Assembly (NCBI GenBank): GCA_049297775.1
Contig: JBAQUX010000025.1
Location: 58,835-122,834, forward strand
DNA length: 64,000 bases
Direction: 5' to 3'
Source: Minisyncoccia bacterium
GTDB lineage: Bacteria > Patescibacteriota > Minisyncoccia > Phycocordibacterales > UBA2100
Positions 48,949 through 58,397 of the stretch are shown here, piece after piece (within the stretch, counting starts at the first letter, position 1; the number at the start of each line of letters is the position of its first letter). The notes beneath the pieces are model-generated. The model saw nothing but the letters and a program-made list of their open reading frames with translations, had not been told where the DNA came from and made no database searches. The position numbers were made by a program, and so were the translations under genes.

Positions 48949-48976
48949 TTGTATGTAGTGGAGCGAGGTGTATACT
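48949..48976 (+). promoter_or_regulatory. Putative promoter (TTGTAT-16 nt-TATACT) for the tRNA-like gene
   Basis: Hexamers seen directly; the -10 ends ~8 nt before the tRNA 5' end. Confidence 0.35.
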
Positions 48977-48984
48977 TTATATAT

Positions 48985-49083
48985 TGTCCCGTAGTTTAAC
49001 GGCAGAACATTCTTCTTTCTGAGCGCTTAAAATTTTGAGCTTTCTGAAAAAGGAAAATCTTGGTTCGAATCCAAGCGGGACAG
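48985..49083 (+). tRNA. Atypical tRNA-like gene (~99 nt), a candidate tRNA-Gln(CUG) interrupted by a 25-nt insertion flanked by an 8-nt direct repeat (CTTTCTGA)
   Basis: Perfect 7-bp acceptor stem (tgtcccg/cgggaca). D-arm gttt-aacggca-gaac with GG. Canonical T-arm cttgg-TTCGAAT-ccaag. About 49 nt lie between the D and T arms instead of ~22. Removing one CTTTCTGA-flanked 25-mer (49023..49047) leaves an anticodon arm cttct-ttCTGaa-aaagg with one C:A mismatch. Confidence 0.45.
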
Positions 49084-49135
49084 CAATTCGACATAATATT
49101 TTTAGCATATTTGAGAAAAGGAATACGAATGTAAT

Positions 49136-50173
49136 ATGCAGAAAACACAAAAAGAAAACGAGATATGCATAGAGCTTCACTATGATTTTGCAGACAGTGA
49201 TACGCATTCAATAAACTTTTATACGAGGAATAGTTGCTCTTTGGCTCAAGCTGAGATTATTTCTTTTGTAATCGAATCACTCTACCCGGAGCAACAGTTC
49301 GAAATACTATCACTGGCCACAAAGGAAGGTTCTTTGAAAGATTTTGCAGTAGTAAAATTTATAAGTAATAGCCAGAATACAATCCTACTGGCGACAGCGA
49401 TTTCGACCGTTGCGGCTGTAATTTCTATACTTCTATATAGTAGTCAGAAACAGGTAAACCAGAGTACAGATGAGCTAAATACTTTAGCGATATTTGAGAA
49501 ATGTAAAGGATACGACCTAGACGATCTCCAAATTGAGAAAATTAAGGAAATTTGCGCTTCATTCATTCCCAAAAAGCAGAAAAATATATTTTATGAATCT
49601 ATAATATCGAATAACGAAGTAATGTGCATAAATCCTAAATTTACACAAGGAACAAATGAGGTATTTTCTTGCAGAATTGAAAAGAATAATTTTGAGGATT
49701 ATATTGAAAAAATACCTAAGGAAAAAGAGTTTCTGAAGACAGATTTGACGGGTCACATACAACTATCTCAGCCATACATAGATAGACAACAACAGTACGG
49801 TAGAGGGGTACCCTGGAAAGGTATATATTATGGCCTAGATATACTTGACGAGAATGATGAACTTATAATTGGAGACGGCGCAAACGTACTCTTTTATATG
49901 CAGGATGCAAATTACAAGAATCAAATATTGAACCAAGAGGTCAACTTTACTAGCGGCGACAATATTAATGTTGTATTCGATATAAGTCGCAACTATGATT
50001 TTGTAAGCCGAAAATTCGGAGGATCTAGGATGTACGTAAAAAGAGTTGTGCATCACAATGATAACCTCGTTGAACATAAGAAAAATCTTTTGTTAAAAAA
50101 AGAAAAGCAACGATTTGATGAAAAAAACTCTAATCAGGGATTACTATTTGATGGTACTTCTACTCAGCAATGA
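49136..50173 (+). CDS. AT-rich orphan hypothetical protein with an internal TM helix
   Basis: ~35% GC versus ~43% genome. No recognisable motifs. TM NTILLATAISTVAAVISILLY. Starts 53 nt after the tRNA-like gene. Confidence 0.5.
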   Translation: MQKTQKENEICIELHYDFADSDTHSINFYTRNSCSLAQAEIISFVIESLYPEQQFEILSLATKEGSLKDFAVVKFISNSQNTILLATAISTVAAVISILLYSSQKQVNQSTDELNTLAIFEKCKGYDLDDLQIEKIKEICASFIPKKQKNIFYESIISNNEVMCINPKFTQGTNEVFSCRIEKNNFEDYIEKIPKEKEFLKTDLTGHIQLSQPYIDRQQQYGRGVPWKGIYYGLDILDENDELIIGDGANVLFYMQDANYKNQILNQEVNFTSGDNINVVFDISRNYDFVSRKFGGSRMYVKRVVHHNDNLVEHKKNLLLKKEKQRFDEKNSNQGLLFDGTSTQQ

Positions 50174-50189
50174 TGGAGTTGCGGTCTAG

Positions 50190-51068
50190 TTGCTATATAC
50201 TGCGCGAGTGACTTGGATTATATACACCTGCATATCGATATTTTCTCGCGCTATTGGCTCTATTGCGCATAAAGTTCTTGCCAAGGAAGTGAGCGCATCG
50301 GGTGAGACACTCGGGTTTCTCTTTCTAACTGCAAGTCTATTTCTTACATTTATTGCGGTACCCGTGTTTGATTTACAGATTGATACATCATTTACCAAAA
50401 ACGAATGGCTGACACTTCTCGGTATGGCACTTACTCAAGGCATTGGAGTTATTTTGTATTTTAAATCGCTCAAGCGCTTAAGTAGCTCGACTGCGCAAAT
50501 TGTTTTCTCTTCCATGCTGATATTCAGCACCATTTTTGCAATTATTTTTCTTGATTCACACTTTACGCTTATAAATATTGTTGGGATTGTTACCTTGATA
50601 CTCGCCATCACCCTTGTCTCTCGACACGACTTACATGGTGACACAAGTGGCATCGTTCTCATGATTGCATCGGCATTTCTTTTTGCCATCTATCAAGTGA
50701 TTAGTGTTGCAGTAGTACACACGTTTACTCTCGTAACATATTTACTTGCCACATATCTTGGCGCAGCAACATGCATAGCTTTATACGCACCTCGCACTGT
50801 TTTTGCAGAAATTGTATATAGTAAAGACCAAGTACAATTACTTTACCTCTCACTCATTGCAGGGGCGACGAGTCTTGGTAATGTTGCCTTTGCATACCTC
50901 GCCTACGCGAGTGCACCAGAACCAATTAAAGTTGCTCTGTTGCTTACCACCCAAGTTGTTGTCTCAGTAATTCTCGCGTACATCTTCCTAAAGGAACGTG
51001 ACGACTTTTTTGCAAAATGTGTTTCTGCAATTCTTGTGGTTATTGCTGGGTATGCACTACTCGGCTAG
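50190..51068 (+). CDS. EamA/DMT-family transporter
   Basis: ~10 TM helices arranged as two EamA-like halves. Confidence 0.6.
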   Translation: MLYTARVTWIIYTCISIFSRAIGSIAHKVLAKEVSASGETLGFLFLTASLFLTFIAVPVFDLQIDTSFTKNEWLTLLGMALTQGIGVILYFKSLKRLSSSTAQIVFSSMLIFSTIFAIIFLDSHFTLINIVGIVTLILAITLVSRHDLHGDTSGIVLMIASAFLFAIYQVISVAVVHTFTLVTYLLATYLGAATCIALYAPRTVFAEIVYSKDQVQLLYLSLIAGATSLGNVAFAYLAYASAPEPIKVALLLTTQVVVSVILAYIFLKERDDFFAKCVSAILVVIAGYALLG

Positions 51069-51086
51069 CTTGAGTATAAAGTAGTA

Positions 51087-51689
51087 TTACTTCCACAACT
51101 TTACGCGTGCAGGGCGAATGACTCTACCGCCAAGTTCATAGCCAGTACGGAGGACTTGCGCAACCGTATGTGATTTTGCCTCCTCACCTGCGGGTGTTTC
51201 TTCAGTGTCTTCAATTGGGTCATGGCGTACGGCATCAAACACTTCGCCAACTTTTCCGTACGAAGTAATACCGTTTTCATCGAGCACTTTTTTAAACTGT
51301 GAATGAATGTACTCAATACCCACACGCCAGTTACTGTCTACCTTTTCCCAGGCACTTCCGGTAAATGCAGAATCAAAGGCATCAAGTATGGGGAGCAGTT
51401 CCTCAAGCATGCCCTCCTTTACCATGGCACCCACGCGTGCGCGCTGTTCTTCTGCCACCTTGTCGCGGTTTACGACATCGGCCTTCATGCGTTGCCAGCC
51501 ATTCAGGTACTCCTGCTTCTCTGCTTCAAGTTTTTTTATTTTCTCGCGGAGCTTTTTTACGAGGGACGCACCCGTGTCTTCGTCATACTCAACACCACTC
51601 GTGTCTTCTGCCTCATCTGCGCCATCTGCAACAACCGCGTCCTCGTGGTCGTGGTTACAGTTTTCTCCATGTACATGTTCGTCGTTCAT
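51087..51689 (-). CDS. grpE: Nucleotide exchange factor GrpE
   Basis: Acidic N-terminus, coiled-coil, and the C-terminal beta-domain VAQVLRTGYELGGRVIRPARVKL. Confidence 0.85.
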   Translation of the reverse strand: MNDEHVHGENCNHDHEDAVVADGADEAEDTSGVEYDEDTGASLVKKLREKIKKLEAEKQEYLNGWQRMKADVVNRDKVAEEQRARVGAMVKEGMLEELLPILDAFDSAFTGSAWEKVDSNWRVGIEYIHSQFKKVLDENGITSYGKVGEVFDAVRHDPIEDTEETPAGEEAKSHTVAQVLRTGYELGGRVIRPARVKLWK

Positions 51690-51763
51690 AAAATGATTAT
51701 ACTTAAAAATACATAAATTTCTACCCCAGCGCGGTAGTTCGTCCTCACATAAAATTCAGAAAA

Positions 51764-52936
51764 CTAATGTGCCCTATCCGTTCGATACAGAAGAAATGCT
51801 CCTGAGCCCAGCACCGTAAAGAATATACCCGAAATGGTAAGGGCGGTCCCCAAGGTATAGGCATCTGCCATGTACCCAAGGAATGGGCTACAAACCGCAA
51901 AAATGAGCCGTGAGAGCATGCTATTTACTGAGAGTATCGTTGCACGTACTGAGGATTCCGTGCGCGCATGGAGGTAGTCTTCTACGATTGCACTGCGCGC
52001 TGAGCGCGTAAAGGCAAACACAAACAGAAGTGGCAACAGTACCCATGAGTATGTGGTGCCAAGCAGTATGTACGATACGCCAACAGCGAGTGATAATACT
52101 AGGAGTGAGTTATTGAGTCCGCACAACTTTTCAAATCTATCTGCATAAAGTGCAAAAAATCCTACCGAGAGATTGATGACTGCCCACACAGCACCGAAGT
52201 ACACAATAGGTACTGCGCTTGCCGTGAGGTACGGCTGTACAAACCACACCATCGTGAGTGTTGATGCGCTGATAATAGAACCATGGAGCACAAACCCGAG
52301 TACTGCTTTTTTCTTGAATGCATCATGCACCACAAATGCCATGTCGTGAAGCACCGAGCGGTGTGTTGTACGCTTGTGTAGTTTTGTTTGCACCAAAAAA
52401 AGCGAGAGCGGTACAAGGCAACTCATGACCACGGCTTGCACATAGAGCGGAAGGCGCAAACTAAGCGCAGCAAGAAACCCACCCAAGAGTGCGGCGCCCG
52501 CTTCAGAGACGCTAAATCCCAATGACTGTTTGCCGAGCTCTTTCTTGTAGGTACCTTCCTTCGATTCTGACATGAGCGAATCGTAGAGCAATGCTGAGTC
52601 TGCACCTGAGACAAACGCAAGCCCGATACCGAGTAATAGTTCTGCGATAAGTATCGTGGTGAAGTTAAATGAAAACGCATACACCCAATACCCGAATGCA
52701 TACACGAAACAACCAAGGCGTATAGAATTTACCGTACCCAATCTATCCGCGAAATACCCTGATGGAATTTCAAAAAAAATCATCGCAACGGAAAAGAGTG
52801 CCTGCACGATAAAGAGGTCTGTCGTACTTAATCCATTTGATGCATAAAAGAGCGAGATGGTCGGTAAGAAAAACATCGCACCTTTTAAAATTTTGAGTGC
52901 GCGCAAGAGATACACATTTCTTTGATACAGGGACAT
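51764..52936 (-). CDS. MFS transporter
   Basis: 12 predicted TM helices; MFS-like loop between TM2 and TM3. Confidence 0.65.
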   Translation of the reverse strand: MSLYQRNVYLLRALKILKGAMFFLPTISLFYASNGLSTTDLFIVQALFSVAMIFFEIPSGYFADRLGTVNSIRLGCFVYAFGYWVYAFSFNFTTILIAELLLGIGLAFVSGADSALLYDSLMSESKEGTYKKELGKQSLGFSVSEAGAALLGGFLAALSLRLPLYVQAVVMSCLVPLSLFLVQTKLHKRTTHRSVLHDMAFVVHDAFKKKAVLGFVLHGSIISASTLTMVWFVQPYLTASAVPIVYFGAVWAVINLSVGFFALYADRFEKLCGLNNSLLVLSLAVGVSYILLGTTYSWVLLPLLFVFAFTRSARSAIVEDYLHARTESSVRATILSVNSMLSRLIFAVCSPFLGYMADAYTLGTALTISGIFFTVLGSGAFLLYRTDRAH

Positions 52937-53321
52937 CGCTGTAGTCTAGCCTGTACCCGTAGCAGAATGCAATGCAAAAAAAATACCGCGGGCAACTCAA
53001 CCTGAGCTGCACCGCGATTCTGTTCCTCATCGGAGTACCGTGATAATCCACCTAAGGATAGGTATACCGACCCAGTACGAGAGCGCGCCGAGGGCGACAA
53101 GGAAATACACCGAGACTGCGAGGCAACCCCAATTTGTCTCTCGTGGCGTATCCTTGTATGCACGTGACTCTCTCTTCTCTGGCTTTCGTGGTGGTAGCTG
53201 GTGGACGTTACTCATACACACACTCCTTTCGTAACATGCCCCATACCCCACCACGACCCTAGCAAAAGAGCGCATAGATTGCAAAATTCCCTCATACCTT
53301 TAGGCTTGGTATACTTTTCCT

Positions 53322-54173
53322 ATGACTTCCGAAAGTTCAGAACGAGACGCCTCTGACCGAATACCTACAAGACTGGGTGAGCATTGGGACGCACAGCCAC
53401 CACTCCTTATGGGACGCGAGCACTTTCAGTTTCAGTTTGATGTGGCAAAAGAAATGCAACGCGTCACTGGTGAACCATTCATTGAGGTACTGAAAAAATA
53501 CACATCACTCCCCCGCGCATTTCTTTTTGTGCTTTCACCCACCGATGCATCAGTAACCATGAACACCACCGTGAAAGAATCTGAGATGGTAGACGAGGCA
53601 TATAAGATTTATAGAAAAACGCATCGAAATGGTACCCCTGCTGAATATCATCCTGAATCGCCAAACCCTAATAACTGGGTAGGTTATGGATGCTTCATGG
53701 CTGACTACAGAGAACACGAGAAGGCAGTGCATATACATTTTTCTAATGTTGAGTTTGACCCTAACGGTTCCCCGCTTCGCGGTGAAAAGACTGATGCACG
53801 ACTGCAAGAATTGCATGATTTATTTACCTACATACAGAAAAAATTTCCTCGCGCAGAGTACGTACTCGGTGACTCATGGCTCTATACGCTTCCGCAGTAT
53901 CGCGCACTGTTTCCTGATTCATACGTAGAAGTGCAGACACCATCTGCGCGCATGGATGAAGCAGAATTTCTGCGAACCGGTGCATCTTGGGGCCAGTTTC
54001 TTGGCTGGGATTACACACTCAATATGGAGCGTGGACAGCAATTACTTAATAATTTGCGTGCGCTCCCTGACAACTCAGCACGCGTGCACGATATTGCACA
54101 GGCATTTCCTGCGCGACTACATGCATACAAAGGACCGATTACTGACTTCTACAAAAAGTACGGCGTTACGTAG
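53322..54173 (+). CDS. Hypothetical protein
   Basis: 283-aa ORF with protein-like composition; no motifs recognised. Confidence 0.4.
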   Translation: MTSESSERDASDRIPTRLGEHWDAQPPLLMGREHFQFQFDVAKEMQRVTGEPFIEVLKKYTSLPRAFLFVLSPTDASVTMNTTVKESEMVDEAYKIYRKTHRNGTPAEYHPESPNPNNWVGYGCFMADYREHEKAVHIHFSNVEFDPNGSPLRGEKTDARLQELHDLFTYIQKKFPRAEYVLGDSWLYTLPQYRALFPDSYVEVQTPSARMDEAEFLRTGASWGQFLGWDYTLNMERGQQLLNNLRALPDNSARVHDIAQAFPARLHAYKGPITDFYKKYGVT

Positions 54174-54219
54174 TATTGGATAGTGACTAAAAAACTCCCT
54201 TGCGGGAGTTTTTGATTGA

Positions 54220-54609
54220 TTAACGTTTTGAGAACTGTGGTGCTCGGCGAGCCTTCTTCAAACCAAACTTCTTACGCTCAACTGAACGTTGGTCACGAGT
54301 GAGGAAACCTGCCTTCTTAAGATCACCGCGAAGTGAAATATCATTCTTGATGAGTGCACGTGCAATACCGTGTCGTACTGACTCAGCTTGTGAAGAAACT
54401 CCACCGCCGTGTGTAAGTACGGTTACTTCATATGTGTGCTCTCCCATAGACTCAAGCGCCATAGCTTGGTGTGCCTTGATTGGAAAATAAACCTCAAGTT
54501 TCTTACCATTTACCACAACTGTTGTCTTCTTAGCTGGAGTGATGCGCACACGTGCTGTTGCCGTTTTGCGTCGTCCTACTGCCTCGATGTATTTTTCTTT
54601 TGCTGACAT
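54220..54609 (-). CDS. rpsI: 30S ribosomal protein S9
   Basis: C-terminal GGGVSSQAESVRHGIARAL...KKARRAPQFSKR. Confidence 0.95.
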   Translation of the reverse strand: MSAKEKYIEAVGRRKTATARVRITPAKKTTVVVNGKKLEVYFPIKAHQAMALESMGEHTYEVTVLTHGGGVSSQAESVRHGIARALIKNDISLRGDLKKAGFLTRDQRSVERKKFGLKKARRAPQFSKR

Positions 54610-54618
54610 AGTTCAGTG

Positions 54619-54999
54619 TTATTTGGTTTTATTAATAATGAGGTTCTTCATTCTGCGTGTGTGGAGTGAGTTGCGAGGAACCATTTTTGAAACAGCTGCC
54701 TTTAATACTTCACTGTGTCCGAACTTTTCGATAACACGGCGCATAGAGATATGGCGAAGACCACCTGGGTATCCTGAATACTTTACGTATTGCTTTGTTC
54801 CCACACGTGAGTCTGGAATGTCGAGCTTGTCTACGTTTTCGATTGTTACTGTTACTGGATATGCGACGTTCTTCACTGCGTCAACAGACTCCTTTCCAAG
54901 AAGGATAGAAGCTATTTTTGATGCGGCGCGTCCAATGCGCATTCCTGTTACATCTATTGTGTGTGTTTTTTTCTCAGTCATGGTGATTTCGTTATACAA
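54619..54999 (-). CDS. rplM: 50S ribosomal protein L13
   Basis: L13-like sequence, immediately upstream of rpsI. Confidence 0.9.
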   Translation of the reverse strand: MYNEITMTEKKTHTIDVTGMRIGRAASKIASILLGKESVDAVKNVAYPVTVTIENVDKLDIPDSRVGTKQYVKYSGYPGGLRHISMRRVIEKFGHSEVLKAAVSKMVPRNSLHTRRMKNLIINKTK

Positions 55000-55345
55000 A
55001 TTCTATGAACGCTGTGTCGTGCGCAACGTTTGCTGCACCTCCAAGCTTTGTAATACGTGTGTATCCACCTGGACGTGTTGCGTAGCGAGGGCCAATAACA
55101 TCATGGAGCTTTGCAACGGTCTCGAGGTCGTTACCTGTGCGAGATGCCACAATGCGGCGTGATGCGAGGGTGTTCTTCTTTGCCATAGTAACCAAGCGTT
55201 CTACGTGCGGGCGGAGTTCTTTAGCTTTTGCAATCGTAGTTTCAATTCCTCCGTGCATCACCATTGATCGTGTGAGTGACTTCAAAAGTGCCATACGTTG
55301 TACGCTGTCTCTGCCAAGTGCTCTGTTTCTTCGGTGATGCTTCAT
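54992..55345 (-). CDS. rplQ: 50S ribosomal protein L17
   Basis: L17 sequence (LGRDSVQRMALLKSLTRSMVMHGGIETT). Confidence 0.9.
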   Translation of the reverse strand: MKHHRRNRALGRDSVQRMALLKSLTRSMVMHGGIETTIAKAKELRPHVERLVTMAKKNTLASRRIVASRTGNDLETVAKLHDVIGPRYATRPGGYTRITKLGGAANVAHDTAFIEFV

Positions 55346-55384
55346 AACGGGGATTACTCTACGATACTAAGTTAATAAATGCAA

Positions 55385-56353
55385 TTACGCGCGAAGGGCA
55401 ATGCCGTGCTCGCTTAATGCTTTCTTGATTTCCTGCACTCCTTTCTGACCCAACCCTTGGATAGCAAGAAGGTCTTCCTCTCGCTTGCGGACCAAGCCAC
55501 CGAGAGTTCTGATACCTGCTTCATCAATAACAGCGGCAACACGTGGTGTGAGTGAAAGCTCATCAACGCGCATCTTTAATACCTCCATATCTCCTTGTGG
55601 AGCCTCGTCGCGCTCTGTCATTGGAGTTGTGTTGGTTTCAATTACTGGTGTCTCAAGAGTTTCCTCTTTGAATCCAACAATTGCCTTCAATTGGTGAATC
55701 ATGATGTCGATAGACTTCTCGAGTGCATCCTTTGGAGCAATCGTTCCGTCTGTCTCAAGTGTTACCTTCAAGCGGTTGAAATCTGTTCTGTCGCCAACAC
55801 GCATGTTCTCTACTTCGTAGTTTACGCGACGAATCGGAGAAAATGCTGCATCGAGTGCAATTGCACCAATCTCAACACGGTCTTTGTGTATTATCTCTTT
55901 TGCAATAAAGCCAATGCCCTTTTCAATAGTAAATTCGATTTCGAGCTTCTTCTTTGGAGCGAGTTCACAGATGTACTGGTCTGGGTTCATTACCTCAACT
56001 TGTCCTGGAAGTGAGATGTCACTTGCAGTAACCATCTTGCCACCAGTAACAGAAAGTGTGAGCTTTTGCTTCTCTTCTCCAGTCATCATGAAGCGTACGC
56101 GCTTAAGGTTCAAAAGTAGCGTGATGACATCTTCCTTAACACCCTCAACTGTAGAAAATTCGTGTGGTGCGCCATCAATCTTTACTCCGGTGATTGCAAC
56201 ACCTGGAAGTGAAGAAAGGATGATACGGCGAAGTGAGTTACCGATAGTGTGTCCGTAACCAGGGTAAAAGCCGTCGATTTCGAAAACTGCTTTGTTGCCG
56301 TCCTCTTTAATGATTCGTGGCTTTGATGGTAGTACGATTTGGTGCTCTGACAT
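55385..56353 (-). CDS. rpoA: DNA-directed RNA polymerase alpha subunit
   Basis: N-terminal dimerisation domain and C-terminal alpha-CTD; located in the rpsK-rpsD-rpoA-rplQ cluster. Confidence 0.95.
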   Translation of the reverse strand: MSEHQIVLPSKPRIIKEDGNKAVFEIDGFYPGYGHTIGNSLRRIILSSLPGVAITGVKIDGAPHEFSTVEGVKEDVITLLLNLKRVRFMMTGEEKQKLTLSVTGGKMVTASDISLPGQVEVMNPDQYICELAPKKKLEIEFTIEKGIGFIAKEIIHKDRVEIGAIALDAAFSPIRRVNYEVENMRVGDRTDFNRLKVTLETDGTIAPKDALEKSIDIMIHQLKAIVGFKEETLETPVIETNTTPMTERDEAPQGDMEVLKMRVDELSLTPRVAAVIDEAGIRTLGGLVRKREEDLLAIQGLGQKGVQEIKKALSEHGIALRA

Positions 56354-56393
56354 AGGCTTTTTATATTACGTAAATAATAAAATACAATAACTA

Positions 56394-56990
56394 CTATCGT
56401 GTATAGAATTCGAAAATCTGAGCGAGGTTAAACATGGTCTCATCCTGCTTAAATACTGGAGTACTGACGATTTTTCCTGACTTCTTTGCAACATCTGGAG
56501 TCATCCATGCTGGTGCATTGAGTTCTGAAATGTTTACGAACAATGCACTGTCCTTACTACCTTCACGGAGTGTGAGAACATCACCAACCTTAAGTGCGTG
56601 TGATGGAATAGTAGAACGTACACCGTTGATAACGATGTGGCCGTGAGATACGAGCTGGCGAGCCATGCGTCGTGTCTTTGCGAGTCCGAGGCGGTACACC
56701 GCGTTGTCTGCACGAAGTTCAAGTGCGGCAAAGATTGCAGCTGGTGAATCCTTCTCGTTTACTGTCTCACTGATGTACTTTTGCAATTGCTTTTCTGTAA
56801 TACCGTATGCAAAGCGAAGCTTTTGTTTCTCTAAGAACTGCTTGCCGTAGTCTGACATTGCGCGTGGCTTCTTTCCACGACGTGCATTCTTGTGACGCTC
56901 TTCAGAGCGAGTAAACTTTGCAGTTTGTGTCTTTTCAAAGATACCTGCGCCAAGTCTTTTTGCTATTTTAAATTTTGGTCCAATCTTCAT
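56394..56990 (-). CDS. rpsD: 30S ribosomal protein S4
   Basis: S4 sequence with an S4 RNA-binding domain. Confidence 0.9.
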   Translation of the reverse strand: MKIGPKFKIAKRLGAGIFEKTQTAKFTRSEERHKNARRGKKPRAMSDYGKQFLEKQKLRFAYGITEKQLQKYISETVNEKDSPAAIFAALELRADNAVYRLGLAKTRRMARQLVSHGHIVINGVRSTIPSHALKVGDVLTLREGSKDSALFVNISELNAPAWMTPDVAKKSGKIVSTPVFKQDETMFNLAQIFEFYTR

Positions 56991-57015
56991 ATGAGTAGTG
57001 TATTAATGACTAGGG

Positions 57016-57450
57016 TTAGATGCGGCGTGGCTTTGGAGCACGAGGACCGTTGTGTGGCACTGGTGTGTCATCAACAATCTTAAGTATGCCAATTCCCTTA
57101 CCTGCAAATGAGCGGAGTGCAGACTCACGTCCTGATCCTACCCCTCTAATAACTACGGTAACTTCTTTTACACCCATGAGTTGTGCCTTCTCTCCGATAA
57201 GCTCACCAACCTTGGCTGCAGCAAACGGTGTACCCTTCTTTGCACCTGCAAAACCGAGTGAACCACTTGAAGACCACATGACTACGTTGCCACGCTCGTC
57301 TGAGAGCGCAACCTTTGTGTTGTTATATGTTGCCTGAATAGAAAGGATACCCTTTACTATCTTTTTTGAACCAGCCTTAGAAAGAGCGCGAGAACGCAAC
57401 TCTTTGTTAACTGAAGTTCCTTTTTGTTTGATTATACGTTTTTTTCCCAT
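57016..57450 (-). CDS. rpsK: 30S ribosomal protein S11
   Basis: S11 sequence (…ATYNNTKVALSDERGNVVMWSSSGSLGFAGAKK…). Confidence 0.9.
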   Translation of the reverse strand: MGKKRIIKQKGTSVNKELRSRALSKAGSKKIVKGILSIQATYNNTKVALSDERGNVVMWSSSGSLGFAGAKKGTPFAAAKVGELIGEKAQLMGVKEVTVVIRGVGSGRESALRSFAGKGIGILKIVDDTPVPHNGPRAPKPRRI

Positions 57451-57523
57451 GATTTTTTCGGCTTGATTAGTGACACCATTTCAGCCCTAGTGGGTGTCGT
57501 TTATAAAAATTGCGCACTGCTAC

Positions 57524-57904
57524 TTATGTCTTCTCCAACTTGCGGCGACCACTTGTCATCGTCTTACGAACGTTGCCACGGATACTTCGGCTGTTGGTAC
57601 GTGTTGTTTGACCGTGTACTGGAAGCTTCTTCATGTGTCGGTCTCCTCTCCATGATTTAATTTCTCGGAGGCGCTTGATGTTTGAAGAAATCAAACGGCG
57701 GAGGTTACCTTCGATTGGTCGAGTTTCAATAGCTGTACGTATTGCACCTTCTTCTTCTGTAGAGAGGTCCTTTGGGCGCTTTCCAAAATCAATTGAGAGA
57801 GACTCAAGGATTGTCTTAGCGAGTGGTCGTCCTACACCATATACGGCAGTGAGACCGATTTCGAGTCTCTTTTCTTCTGGAATGTTGACACCTGCAATAC
57901 GCAT
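57524..57904 (-). CDS. rpsM: 30S ribosomal protein S13
   Basis: MRIAGVNIPEEKRLEIGLTAVYGVG... Confidence 0.9.
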   Translation of the reverse strand: MRIAGVNIPEEKRLEIGLTAVYGVGRPLAKTILESLSIDFGKRPKDLSTEEEGAIRTAIETRPIEGNLRRLISSNIKRLREIKSWRGDRHMKKLPVHGQTTRTNSRSIRGNVRKTMTSGRRKLEKT

Positions 57905-57935
57905 AAATGATTTGATTGAAAAATTAATAATTATG

Positions 57936-58049
57936 ATTAGCCCTGACGTTGCTTGTGTCGTGGGTTCTTACATACAATCTGTACTCTGCCTCGGCGGTGC
58001 ACTGTCTGGCAGTCCTTACATCGTGGTTTTGTTGAAGCTTTTACTTTCA
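57936..58049 (-). CDS. rpmJ: 50S ribosomal protein L36
   Basis: Hand translation gives [37 protein letters not shown] (37 aa, C-x2-C...C-x4-H zinc ribbon). Below the ORF-track length cutoff. Confidence 0.85.
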
Positions 58050-58074
58050 TGATTGTTATGTAAATTTTTGAAAA

Positions 58075-58293
58075 TTATATTCTGCGGTTGATTCGTGCCT
58101 TTCCTCCGTATTGGTCTATTTGCACTAACACCTTGTCTCCTACCAGCACTTTGATTCTATTGAATCGCATTTTGCCTGCAAGATACGCGAGCACTTCAGT
58201 AGTTTCTCCTTCAATAATCACTCTAAACATCGCATTTGGTAACGCTTCCGTTACGACTGCTTGTTTTAGTAATTCTGGTGAAGTTGTAGCCAC
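58075..58293 (-). CDS. infA: Translation initiation factor IF-1
   Basis: 72 aa, S1-like OB fold ([12 protein letters not shown]..., [16 protein letters not shown]). Confidence 0.9.
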   Translation of the reverse strand: MATTSPELLKQAVVTEALPNAMFRVIIEGETTEVLAYLAGKMRFNRIKVLVGDKVLVQIDQYGGKARINRRI

Positions 58294-58397
58294 TTTAAAA
58301 TCTTGCGCCCTAGAAAAAGACTAGAACTAACAAGTTCGGGGAATACTACCAAAGATGTGGACGAGTGTCAACGAGATGATTCTAAGAACACAGTGAC

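Noticed and set aside
48985-49083. Alternative readings of the tRNA-like element as tRNA-Sec or as a class-II (Leu/Ser/Tyr) tRNA with a long variable arm
   Set aside because: No UCA anticodon. No Leu/Ser/Tyr anticodon loop with a purine at position 37. The extra sequence (~27 nt) exceeds normal variable arms. The interrupted tRNA-Gln-like reading fits better but remains tentative.
53027-53284. 85-aa minus-strand ORF with a C-terminal TM segment between the MFS transporter gene and the 283-aa hypothetical
   Set aside because: No SD or conservation evidence. It may be a real small membrane protein, but support is insufficient.
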